In this document: positions 1 through 7,644 of the stretch, one piece after another
How the letters are laid out: every line of letters begins with the position of its first letter
How positions within the stretch are numbered: position 1 is the first letter of the stretch
From: Minisyncoccia bacterium
Lineage (GTDB): Bacteria > Patescibacteriota > Minisyncoccia > UBA6257 > JAAZHW01
DNA: 64,000 nucleotides
Assembly: GCA_049720475.1 (NCBI GenBank)
Contig: JBNASH010000035.1
Location: forward strand, 20,015 to 84,014
Direction: 5' to 3'
Notes under the pieces: generated by a model
Databases searched by the model: none
Seen by the model: the letters and a program-made list of their open reading frames with translations, nothing else
Told to the model about the DNA's origin: nothing
Position numbers and translations under genes: made by a program

Positions 1-256
1 GAACGCCGAAATCAATTAACGTGTTAAGAATGCCAACCAATCCATACTTTGCCAATTGCCAAAAAAGATTCGTGATTTTTTTAAGCAAATGGGCCATTAC
101 CACTACTAATAATGTAAGAATGGGAAAAATAATGATAAGTAGCCATCGGTAAGGCCAAAAATTTAGCAAGATATGCAAATTTAACCAAACCGGCCAAATT
201 AAAAAAGCAATAATCAATCCCACTAAAAAACCCAAAATTAAATCTTTTTTTCTCAT
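1..256 (-). CDS. GtrA-family membrane protein (partial, runs off window start)
   Basis: Not in ORF track. Manual translation from ATG 256: MRKKDLILGFLVGLIIAFLIWPVW...LFWQLAKYGLVGILNTLIDFGV; KYGLVGILNTLIDFG is the typical GtrA first-helix motif. Confidence 0.75.
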   Translation of the reverse strand, partial: MRKKDLILGFLVGLIIAFLIWPVWLNLHILLNFWPYRWLLIIIFPILTLLVVVMAHLLKKITNLFWQLAKYGLVGILNTLIDFGV

Positions 257-272
257 ATGTTTTTTCGCGCTG

Positions 273-344
273 CGGGTCCGGCAGGACTCGAACCTGCAGT
301 GCTGGTTTTGGAGACCAGTGGTTTGCCAATTAACCGACGGACCC
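273..344 (-). tRNA. tRNA-Trp(CCA)
   Basis: GGGTCCG/CGGACCC acceptor stem, anticodon arm CTGGT-CTCCAAA-ACCAG, GTTCGAG T-loop; CCA not encoded. Confidence 0.95.
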
Positions 345-362
345 AAAAATATTAATCGGCAT

Positions 363-521
363 TTACTTTTTTAATTCTTTATGAACAGTTCTTTTATCAC
401 AAAAAGGACAGTATTTTTTTATTTCCAATTTTTTCTGGATTGTTTTTTTATTTTTGCGGGTGTAATAATTAATTCTTTTACACACCGTACATTGAAGTTT
501 AATTAAATTCTCTTGTGGCAT
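363..521 (-). CDS. rpmG: 50S ribosomal protein L33 (Zn-ribbon type)
   Basis: [26 protein letters not shown]...[15 protein letters not shown]; start moved to ATG 521 because the ORF-track extension overlaps a tRNA. Confidence 0.95.
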   Translation of the reverse strand: MPQENLIKLQCTVCKRINYYTRKNKKTIQKKLEIKKYCPFCDKRTVHKELKK

Positions 522-553
522 AGCATTAAAATTAGAAACGACTTTGTTTCCAG

Positions 554-625
554 AGCCAGAGGAGGGAATCGAACCCTCGACCTCATTCTTACCAAGAATG
601 CGTTCTACCACTGAACTACTCTGGC
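554..625 (-). tRNA. tRNA-Thr(GGT)
   Basis: GCCAGAG/CTCTGGC acceptor, CATTC-TTGGTAA-GAATG anticodon arm, GGTTCGATT. Confidence 0.95.
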
Positions 626-673
626 AATACCTTATATTTTAATCATAAAATCTAAATTTAAAAGAACAATTAG

Positions 674-757
674 TGGGCGGGGCAGGATTCGAACCTGCGT
701 AGCCACTAGGGCGACGGTTTTACAGACCGTTGCAATTGACCACTCTGCCACCCGCCC
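674..757 (-). tRNA. tRNA-Tyr(GTA)
   Basis: GGGCGGG acceptor, ACGGT-CTGTAAA-ACCGT anticodon arm, long variable arm, GGTTCGAATCC. Confidence 0.95.
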
Positions 758-770
758 TTTAAAGATTCCG

Positions 771-842
771 AGCCGATGGTCGGATTCGAACCGACGACCT
801 ACTGTTTACAAAACAGTTGCTCTACCGCTGAGCTACATCGGC
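771..842 (-). tRNA. tRNA-Thr(TGT)
   Basis: GCCGATG/CATCGGC acceptor, ACTGT-TTTGTAA-ACAGT anticodon arm, GGTTCGAATCC. Confidence 0.95.
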
Positions 843-863
843 AAATATGAATTTTTTAAAAAA

Positions 864-1412
864 CTAGTTTTTTGCTTTTTTGCTTCTTTTTTTATTGTTT
901 AACATCTCTTCTTTTTTCTCTTCAAAAATTTCTTTTTTCTCAATTTCGGCTATGTTTTCCTCTGTTGGGACATCATCTATATTATCAACCAACTTCTCTT
1001 CTTCTATATTATTAATTCTTTCTAAATTATCCAGATCAATATTGCTTAAATCAATAATTTCTGGTTCTTTTTCTGTTAACTCATCGTTGCTGACTTGGTG
1101 AATAAACGAATTTTTTTCCTTATTTTTATTTTTAAAAGATTCGATTTTTTTCTGCAATAATGCCTCTAATTTCAAAATTAAAATATGAATGCGCCTCATC
1201 AATTTCTCTATCAACCTTTCAAAAGCGCTATCTAATTTATCCCACGGAATTTTAAAAAAGCTTTTACCAATATGATTTTCAATCTGAACTTCCAATGATT
1301 GCTCCGTTGTTGAATCCAGACCTTCAACGGATTGAGGTATTTTTCTGACTACTAAAAAAATGATTATTGCTAATCCCAAAAAAAATAATAATTGTGAAAG
1401 AATGGCAAACAT
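864..1412 (-). CDS. hypothetical protein with N-terminal TM anchor and acidic/basic low-complexity tail
   Basis: Hydrophobic residues 1-22, then helical/charged region; 3 nt downstream of tsf. Confidence 0.75.
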   Translation of the reverse strand: MFAILSQLLFFLGLAIIIFLVVRKIPQSVEGLDSTTEQSLEVQIENHIGKSFFKIPWDKLDSAFERLIEKLMRRIHILILKLEALLQKKIESFKNKNKEKNSFIHQVSNDELTEKEPEIIDLSNIDLDNLERINNIEEEKLVDNIDDVPTEENIAEIEKKEIFEEKKEEMLNNKKRSKKAKN

Positions 1413-1415
1413 ATC

Positions 1416-1997
1416 TTAAATTTCAAATCTAACAAATCTCTGAATTTTAATGTTTTCCCCTATTTTAGCAATATATTCTTTTATCACCTCCTCTACTTTT
1501 TGATCTTGATTTTTAATAAATGGTTGGTGGATTAAACAAACTTCCTGATACCATTTTTGCAACTTACCCTCAATAATTTGAGCAATAACTTTTTCGGGTT
1601 TTTTACTATCTTTAAATTCCGCTAAATAAGATTCTTTTTCTTTATTGATTAATTCTTCGGGAATATCGGCTTCGCTCACATAAAGCGGGGACATAGCCGC
1701 AATTTGCAAGGCTAAATCATGGGCCAATTCTTTGAATAAAGGATTTTTAGCCACAAAATCGGTTTCACATCGCAAATCAATCAAAACACCGATTTTGCCA
1801 TTGGCATGAATATAAGCCTCAATTAAACCAGCTTTGGTTTCGCGACTTTCTTTCTTAGCCGCAATGGCTAATCCTTTTTTCTTTAAAATCTCTTGGGCTT
1901 TATTAAAATCTCCTTTTGCTTCTTCCAAAGCATTTCGACAATCCATAATAGAAGCGCCCGTTAAATCACGTAATTCCTTTACTTGTTTTAAATCCAT
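1416..1997 (-). CDS. tsf: elongation factor Ts (short form)
   Basis: VKELRDLTGASIMDCRNAL, RCETDFVAKN, IQRFVRFEI; follows rpsB. Confidence 0.97.
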   Translation of the reverse strand: MDLKQVKELRDLTGASIMDCRNALEEAKGDFNKAQEILKKKGLAIAAKKESRETKAGLIEAYIHANGKIGVLIDLRCETDFVAKNPLFKELAHDLALQIAAMSPLYVSEADIPEELINKEKESYLAEFKDSKKPEKVIAQIIEGKLQKWYQEVCLIHQPFIKNQDQKVEEVIKEYIAKIGENIKIQRFVRFEI

Positions 1998-2043
1998 ATT
2001 TTTGTTATCAACAAAACGACTTTATTCTATATTATAATAAATT

Positions 2044-2748
2044 TTAATCATTAATAATAAAATTGGTAATAAACTCCACACTGCTTCGATGTAAATCGCT
2101 AGCCGGAATTGGATAAGTGATACCAGTTGGATCATTATCAGTATTTACCAAAGCAATAATTGGCAATTCTAAATGTTGAGCTTCTTTAACCGCATATTGA
2201 TGTATTTTGGCATCAATAACAAAAATGGCATCGGGTAATTTTTGACAATTTTTTACACCAGAAAAAAGCTCTCTTAAATCCTCTAATTCCTTTTCAAATT
2301 TTAGTTGTTCCTTTTTGGTATATTTTTCTAATTCACCATTTTCTTTCTTTTTTTCTAATTCATTAAAATAAGCGATGCGCTTAGAAATAACCGCAAAATT
2401 AGTCAAAAATCCACCAATCCAGCGATTAATAATATAAGGATTGTTAGTTTTAATAGCAGCTGCTTCTGTAATATCATTGTTTGCCGGATTGGTATTTACA
2501 AACAAAACTGTTTTTCCTTCTTTTTTTAAAGAACCAAAAAATTCTTTGGCCTTAATTAAATTTTCGTATGTCTTTTCCAAATTTATAATTGTCTGATTGT
2601 TTTTTACCCCAACAATAAAAGGCTTCATTCGAGGATGCAAACGTGAAGTGCTATGGCCAAAACAAACCTTTGCTTCTGCCATTTCTTTGAAAATTTTTTC
2701 CTTTTCTAAATCAGGTTGAGTTAGATGGTTTTGGACGATTGTAGTCAT
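2044..2748 (-). CDS. rpsB: 30S ribosomal protein S2
   Basis: FGHSTSRLHPRMKPFI, RWIGGFLTNF, LPDAIFVID, IALVNTDNDP. Confidence 0.97.
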   Translation of the reverse strand: MTTIVQNHLTQPDLEKEKIFKEMAEAKVCFGHSTSRLHPRMKPFIVGVKNNQTIINLEKTYENLIKAKEFFGSLKKEGKTVLFVNTNPANNDITEAAAIKTNNPYIINRWIGGFLTNFAVISKRIAYFNELEKKKENGELEKYTKKEQLKFEKELEDLRELFSGVKNCQKLPDAIFVIDAKIHQYAVKEAQHLELPIIALVNTDNDPTGITYPIPASDLHRSSVEFITNFIIND

Positions 2749-2843
2749 AATAATAAAATTCTATTGAAATTTTTAAAAAATGCAAGTTTTAAAAGGTTTT
2801 GGCCTCTTGCTTTTTTATTTTTTTCTTATAAAATATGCTGTAT

Positions 2844-3140
2844 ATGAAAAAAGATGTCCATCCAAAATATTATCCTAATGCCAAAGTAAAATGTGTCTGT
2901 GGAAACACATTTGAAGTTGGCGCCACTGTTCCAGAAATAGAAATAGAAATTTGCTCCAAATGCCACCCTTTTTATACCGGTAAAGAAAAAATTATTGATA
3001 CTGCTGGACGCGTTGATAAATTTAAAAAACGCTTAGAAAAGAAAACTTTATTAGAAAAAGAAGGTAGGGTTGCCAAAAAAACAAAAAAGGCAAAAAAAGA
3101 GAGCGGTAAAAAGAAGATTCTTAACAAAGAAATAAAATAA
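2844..3140 (+). CDS. rpmE: 50S ribosomal protein L31 (Zn type) with Lys-rich tail
   Basis: [33 protein letters not shown]. Confidence 0.96.
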   Translation: MKKDVHPKYYPNAKVKCVCGNTFEVGATVPEIEIEICSKCHPFYTGKEKIIDTAGRVDKFKKRLEKKTLLEKEGRVAKKTKKAKKESGKKKILNKEIK

Positions 3141-3172
3141 AAAATAGATTGATATCTCAATATATTGATCTT

Positions 3173-3904
3173 ATGCCAGAAGCTAACTCAATCATTTTAG
3201 AAATAAGAGCTGGTGTTGGCGGCGAAGAAGCCGCTCTTTTTGCTGCGGAACTTCTGCGAATGTATCAGAAATATGCCCAAAAGAAAAATTGGCAAACAAC
3301 TTTATTGGATATTAGTTATAGCTCTTTAAAAGGAATTAAAGAAGCGATTTTGGAAATTACTGGTGAAGGCGTAGAAATTCTTAAAAACGAGGCAGGGGTT
3401 CACCGTGTCCAACGCATCCCTGAAACAGAGAAATCGGGTCGCGTTCATACCTCCACTGCCTCAGTTGCCGTCTTATATAAACCAAAAGATGTAAAAATCG
3501 ATATTCGACCAGAAGATTTGGAAATTTCTTTCTTCCGATCATCTGGTCCTGGCGGACAAAATGTTAATAAAGTAGAAACCGCTGTCCGAATTTTGCACAA
3601 ACCAAGCGGAATAGTTGTTTCCTGCCAAAGCGAACGATCTCAATTCAAAAATAGAGAAAAAGCTATTGAAATGTTGAAGACAAAATTATATGAGGCTAAA
3701 TGGACCAGTGATCAAGGAAAGCTTTCCGAAGAAAGACGCCAACAAATTGGCCGAGCCGATCGTTCTGAAAAAATTAAAACTTATAACTTTCCGCAAGATC
3801 GTCTCACTGATCATCGCTATAAGAAAAACTTCCATAATTTAGAAAAAATTATGGAGGGTGAACTAGATAACGTTTTTAAAATTTATCAGCAACCAAATAA
3901 TTAG
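3173..3904 (+). CDS. prfA: peptide chain release factor 1, lacking N-terminal domain 1
   Basis: LEIRAGVGGEEAALFA, VHRVQRIPETE (PxT specificity motif of RF1), GPGGQNVNK, TYNFPQDRLTDHR. Confidence 0.92.
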   Translation: MPEANSIILEIRAGVGGEEAALFAAELLRMYQKYAQKKNWQTTLLDISYSSLKGIKEAILEITGEGVEILKNEAGVHRVQRIPETEKSGRVHTSTASVAVLYKPKDVKIDIRPEDLEISFFRSSGPGGQNVNKVETAVRILHKPSGIVVSCQSERSQFKNREKAIEMLKTKLYEAKWTSDQGKLSEERRQQIGRADRSEKIKTYNFPQDRLTDHRYKKNFHNLEKIMEGELDNVFKIYQQPNN

Positions 3905-3925
3905 CTCTAAAAATATTTAAGAAAT

Positions 3926-3953
3926 AAAAAGACCAGGATGAGTTGGTCTTTTT
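3926..3953. terminator. bidirectional intrinsic terminator between convergent prfA and lytic transglycosylase
   Basis: AAAAAGACCA-ggatgagt-TGGTCTTTTT. Confidence 0.6.
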
Positions 3954-5418
3954 ATTTTTTTAATATCGCCACCTGTTCGCTCAATTTAAAAATACCTAGG
4001 TTAGAATTTTGGATATCAGCTTCGTATTTTTGCGCCTTCTCTACCACCCACTGACCATAGCTATAAAGAAATTTTCTCCATTGACTGCCAGCGTAATAAC
4101 GAGCCGCTGCCTCTCGTTCAGCAGCATAAGTTTGTTTATCTGCTCCCAAATCTTTCAGAAGCAAAGCCATAGCCACGAAAGCATCAACATTTCTCCAAGG
4201 TGAGGGTGGATTATTACCAGTGATGGCCGCTATTCTATCTTTATATTTCCACCAGGTTGAAGGAATAAATTGGGCCGGTCCCATTGCACCGCCATAATAA
4301 CCATCAGCATTAGCACAAGAAACATAAACACTGTCAGGGCTGATGTTTAACTCCTGAACAATTTGAAGAAAAATTGGTTGATCCCTTGTTGGATGCATTG
4401 CGGTTTTCCAATTACACCGTCCAACATTTCTACCAAAGGCTGATTCTCTATCCAAAACCGCCAAAATCAAAGCTGGTCGCACACCAGTTTGATCTCCGGC
4501 AAATTTTGCCAATTTGTAAGCATCTTCAAAACGCAATTCTCCTCCGCCTAACAAACTAAAAATTCGACTTCTGATTTGACTGGCGGTTTGCTGTGTTTTT
4601 TTCAATAGTTCTTGATATTTACTCTCTTGACCTTTGGTAATTCTCATTAAATCATCTTTTTCTTTCTTTGTTGCTTCCAATTGCTTCTTTTGTGCTTCTT
4701 GTAGTGCTTTTAATTTTAAAACTTCTTCTTTTTCATTAGTTAAATTTTCCTTTTGTTCCACTAAAGCCGCCTTAAGATTTACTAATTGCTCAAGATTATT
4801 TTTGATTTGGGTTTGTAAACTAGTTAAATCGTTAACGGCAGTAAACGCATCCGATAAAGTATCTTCACTTAAAAAAACCACTAATAAACTTTTTTGACCT
4901 TCTTCATAAATTTTTTTCAAAGCATAAACAAGCATATCTTGTGTTTCATCGATATTTTTTTGTGTTTTGGCAACATTTACTTTAACAACGCCTATTTCGC
5001 TATCTAATTTCTCCAATTGCAAGGTAGTGGCTTTAATCTGAAGATTTAATTTATTAATTTGAGCATCTAAAAGTTTGATTGTTTGGTTTAGACTATTGGC
5101 TTGCTTTTGAAGAACGGCGATGTTCCCTTGATATTCATCAATTTGCGCTTCGAGTTCTTGAAGTTGTTTTTCTAAGGCTTGCCTTTCAGCAATATCTTCG
5201 TAAGAAAAAGCGATTGGCGCTATTAAAGGCGAAATGGTATTAACGGAAAAAATTAAAACAATTAATCCGGCCACAAAAAAATGCCGAACAATTTGAGGCA
5301 AACGATATAGTCGAGAAAATGATCTTCCCAAAGGATCCGGAAGGCTACCAAAAACAGTTTTCGCTCCTTTTGTTAAAACATCGGCTACTATTTTTGGTTT
5401 TTCTAAATTTTTACTCAT
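3952..5418 (-). CDS. membrane-anchored coiled-coil (PcsB-like) protein with C-terminal lytic transglycosylase domain (MltB/SLT_2-like)
   Basis: TM near aa 47-70, long heptad coiled coil, LAVLDRESAFG catalytic Glu, GGAMGPAQFIPSTW. Confidence 0.85.
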   Translation of the reverse strand: MSKNLEKPKIVADVLTKGAKTVFGSLPDPLGRSFSRLYRLPQIVRHFFVAGLIVLIFSVNTISPLIAPIAFSYEDIAERQALEKQLQELEAQIDEYQGNIAVLQKQANSLNQTIKLLDAQINKLNLQIKATTLQLEKLDSEIGVVKVNVAKTQKNIDETQDMLVYALKKIYEEGQKSLLVVFLSEDTLSDAFTAVNDLTSLQTQIKNNLEQLVNLKAALVEQKENLTNEKEEVLKLKALQEAQKKQLEATKKEKDDLMRITKGQESKYQELLKKTQQTASQIRSRIFSLLGGGELRFEDAYKLAKFAGDQTGVRPALILAVLDRESAFGRNVGRCNWKTAMHPTRDQPIFLQIVQELNISPDSVYVSCANADGYYGGAMGPAQFIPSTWWKYKDRIAAITGNNPPSPWRNVDAFVAMALLLKDLGADKQTYAAEREAAARYYAGSQWRKFLYSYGQWVVEKAQKYEADIQNSNLGIFKLSEQVAILKK

Positions 5419-5423
5419 TAAAT

Positions 5424-6080
5424 TTATTCTGATTTTTCATCAGATTTTTCTTTTGATTGAATCCGTTCTGCCTTTTTCTCCTCAGTTTCAATTTTTACCT
5501 CTTCAATCGAAGGGGCAGCAACTACTTCTTCCTCTTTCGGCTCTACCACCGCCGCCACCACTGTATCTGGCGCCGCCAAAATTTTTACTTTTTCAGAAAT
5601 TTTTAGATCTTTAATTAGTATTTTTGAATCTATCGTTTCTAATTTAGAAACATCAACTGGAATATTGTGAGGCAAATCTTGAGGCAATGCTTCTACCTCA
5701 ATTTCATTTACATTTTTAATTAAAATGCCGCCAAAATTTTTAACCGCTGGCGATTCACCAATATACTCAACTGGAATGTGTGTTTTAATTTTCTGATCAC
5801 GACGAACTTGATAAAAATCTATATGAATCGGCCGATGACTAATATAGTGATGCTGAACATCATAAATTAAAACCGAATGTTTTTTATTATCGTCTTCAAC
5901 AATCAAATCAATAATATCAGTTTCACCAGCATTATTATAAACTTCTTCAAATTCTTTTTGGGGAACTGCTAAATAAATATTATCAATCCCTTTCCCATAT
6001 AAAACCGCCGGTATTAAACCGTTTTTTAAATAAGATTTTGGAGATTTATTAATATCTCTAATAATTGCTTTTAATTGCAT
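5424..6080 (-). CDS. rplY: 50S ribosomal protein L25/Ctc
   Basis: GLIPAVLYG, PIHIDFY, GESPAVK-GG, EALPQDLPHNIPVDVSKL. Confidence 0.95.
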   Translation of the reverse strand: MQLKAIIRDINKSPKSYLKNGLIPAVLYGKGIDNIYLAVPQKEFEEVYNNAGETDIIDLIVEDDNKKHSVLIYDVQHHYISHRPIHIDFYQVRRDQKIKTHIPVEYIGESPAVKNFGGILIKNVNEIEVEALPQDLPHNIPVDVSKLETIDSKILIKDLKISEKVKILAAPDTVVAAVVEPKEEEVVAAPSIEEVKIETEEKKAERIQSKEKSDEKSE

Positions 6081-6128
6081 AGTGGTAGCATTTTAACAAA
6101 AAAAATGATTTTCGTCAATAAAAATTGT

Positions 6129-6386
6129 CTATAATCCTCTTTTTCCTTCTTTTAGTGCCTCAAAAACTAAAAGTAGGCTAACAATGCCGCTAAAAAATAA
6201 AAATGTTTCGAGATTGTGTTTATCAGCGAACCAATAACTCAAATACGGTGAATAAAGAATAGCTAGAACTAAAAAACAATATTCAATCAAAAATTGGGCC
6301 AACAAAAGCGCAATATAAGCCAAAAAAGTTTTTAATTTCTGTCTTTTTGACATTGGTGAAGAAAAAGCTGATTTTATTAATTTCAT
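6129..6386 (-). CDS. small hypothetical membrane protein (2 TM)
   Basis: Two hydrophobic segments; ATGA overlap with upstream ORF. Confidence 0.55.
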   Translation of the reverse strand: MKLIKSAFSSPMSKRQKLKTFLAYIALLLAQFLIEYCFLVLAILYSPYLSYWFADKHNLETFLFFSGIVSLLLVFEALKEGKRGL

Positions 6387-7630
6387 AAATTAATAACGCC
6401 TTTGATCAAATTCTCTTTAATTTTTTCTTCTAACGCCTCGCGGCCAAAATAGCGAATAAAAATTTCATTCCACAACGCTTCTTGTTGATGATACAAATAT
6501 TTTATCCTCTCTTTCTGTTTAACTAACGACATTACATTATCAACCAGATCAAAACTTATTAATTCTTCATTGCCATCTTGATTGAGAAAATATTTTCCGA
6601 CCCAACTGATTTCTTCCCAAAAACCAAAATCCTCTTCGATGCCCTCTAACCATTGCCCAAATTTAGCAATGTCATTTTCCGCTTTATACCAATGAACAGC
6701 CTCGGGATTAACATGAGGAATAAAAAGGCGGGGATCGTTTTCATTTTCTTTCGCAAGATACTGCTGAATAATTAACCACTGGCATTTGGCATTATCATCT
6801 AATTTTCCGCCCAAGTCACCTTTTAAAATCGTTATCAATTTTTGAGCAAAATCAGCCTCCTGACTATACTGCCGAAAAACATCGGAATAAAACTTTACTT
6901 CATAATAATAGTGCAAAAATAAAGCAATCATTCTCAACACTTCGCCCGGGATATTTAAAGATACGGGGATTAAAAAAATAACGCCAAATTCTTTTAAATG
7001 GCTGATATTGTGATATTTTTTTGCCACAAATTTCTCCGCCGCTCCTTTCCATTTAATTGATAACGCTTTCATTTTTACTTCCCTCTCTTCAAAATCTTCA
7101 GCCTTCAAATTTTCATATTGTTTAAAAAATACATTGTTTAGCCATTGATTATCTTCCACAAACCGCAAAGCAGCAAAAATTTCATCAAGATCTTCTTTTT
7201 TAACCATTTCTTCGGCATTGTCATAACCCAAATAAGACAAAATTTTTAGCGGCGGTTCTTTAATCAATAATTCTTTTGCTTTTTCTTTTTTGATGAAAAA
7301 ACCTCTTAATGGTGGAAGATGGGCGCGAAGAAAATCTAAAACCTTTTGGCAATCAGCCACATTTGTTACCAAAACATTACCCAATCGTTGAACAAAAATT
7401 TTATCCGCTTTAGCAATTTTGTTAATTAAAGCAATGAAAATTTCTTCGGCTTTTTGACTCTTCACGCCCAACCGTTTTAATCTATCATCTATTTTTTCGT
7501 TATTTTCCTTCCACAATTGTTCCAAAACACCGCTTTTCCCCACACAAGCATTCATTTGTCTCTCTAAATTTAAAATGACATCAGGAGAACAACGAAGAAT
7601 TTTGGCAATTTCTTCTTGATAATTAATCAT
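6383..7630 (-). CDS. hypothetical cytoplasmic protein
   Basis: 415-aa ORF with host-like composition; motifs ALRFVE, KKYHNISHLKEFG, HYYYEV, PHVNPEAVHW, YHQQEALWN; no family recognised. Confidence 0.8.
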   Translation of the reverse strand: MINYQEEIAKILRCSPDVILNLERQMNACVGKSGVLEQLWKENNEKIDDRLKRLGVKSQKAEEIFIALINKIAKADKIFVQRLGNVLVTNVADCQKVLDFLRAHLPPLRGFFIKKEKAKELLIKEPPLKILSYLGYDNAEEMVKKEDLDEIFAALRFVEDNQWLNNVFFKQYENLKAEDFEEREVKMKALSIKWKGAAEKFVAKKYHNISHLKEFGVIFLIPVSLNIPGEVLRMIALFLHYYYEVKFYSDVFRQYSQEADFAQKLITILKGDLGGKLDDNAKCQWLIIQQYLAKENENDPRLFIPHVNPEAVHWYKAENDIAKFGQWLEGIEEDFGFWEEISWVGKYFLNQDGNEELISFDLVDNVMSLVKQKERIKYLYHQQEALWNEIFIRYFGREALEEKIKENLIKGVINL

Positions 7631-7644
7631 AATTGGCCCTCATT

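Noticed and set aside
81-329. 82-aa ORF in the track
   Set aside because: Starts inside tRNA-Trp and is out of frame with the better-supported GtrA ORF (ATG 256).
522-611. N-terminal extension of rpmG
   Set aside because: It is the translation of tRNA-Thr(GGT); L33 homology begins at MPQENL.
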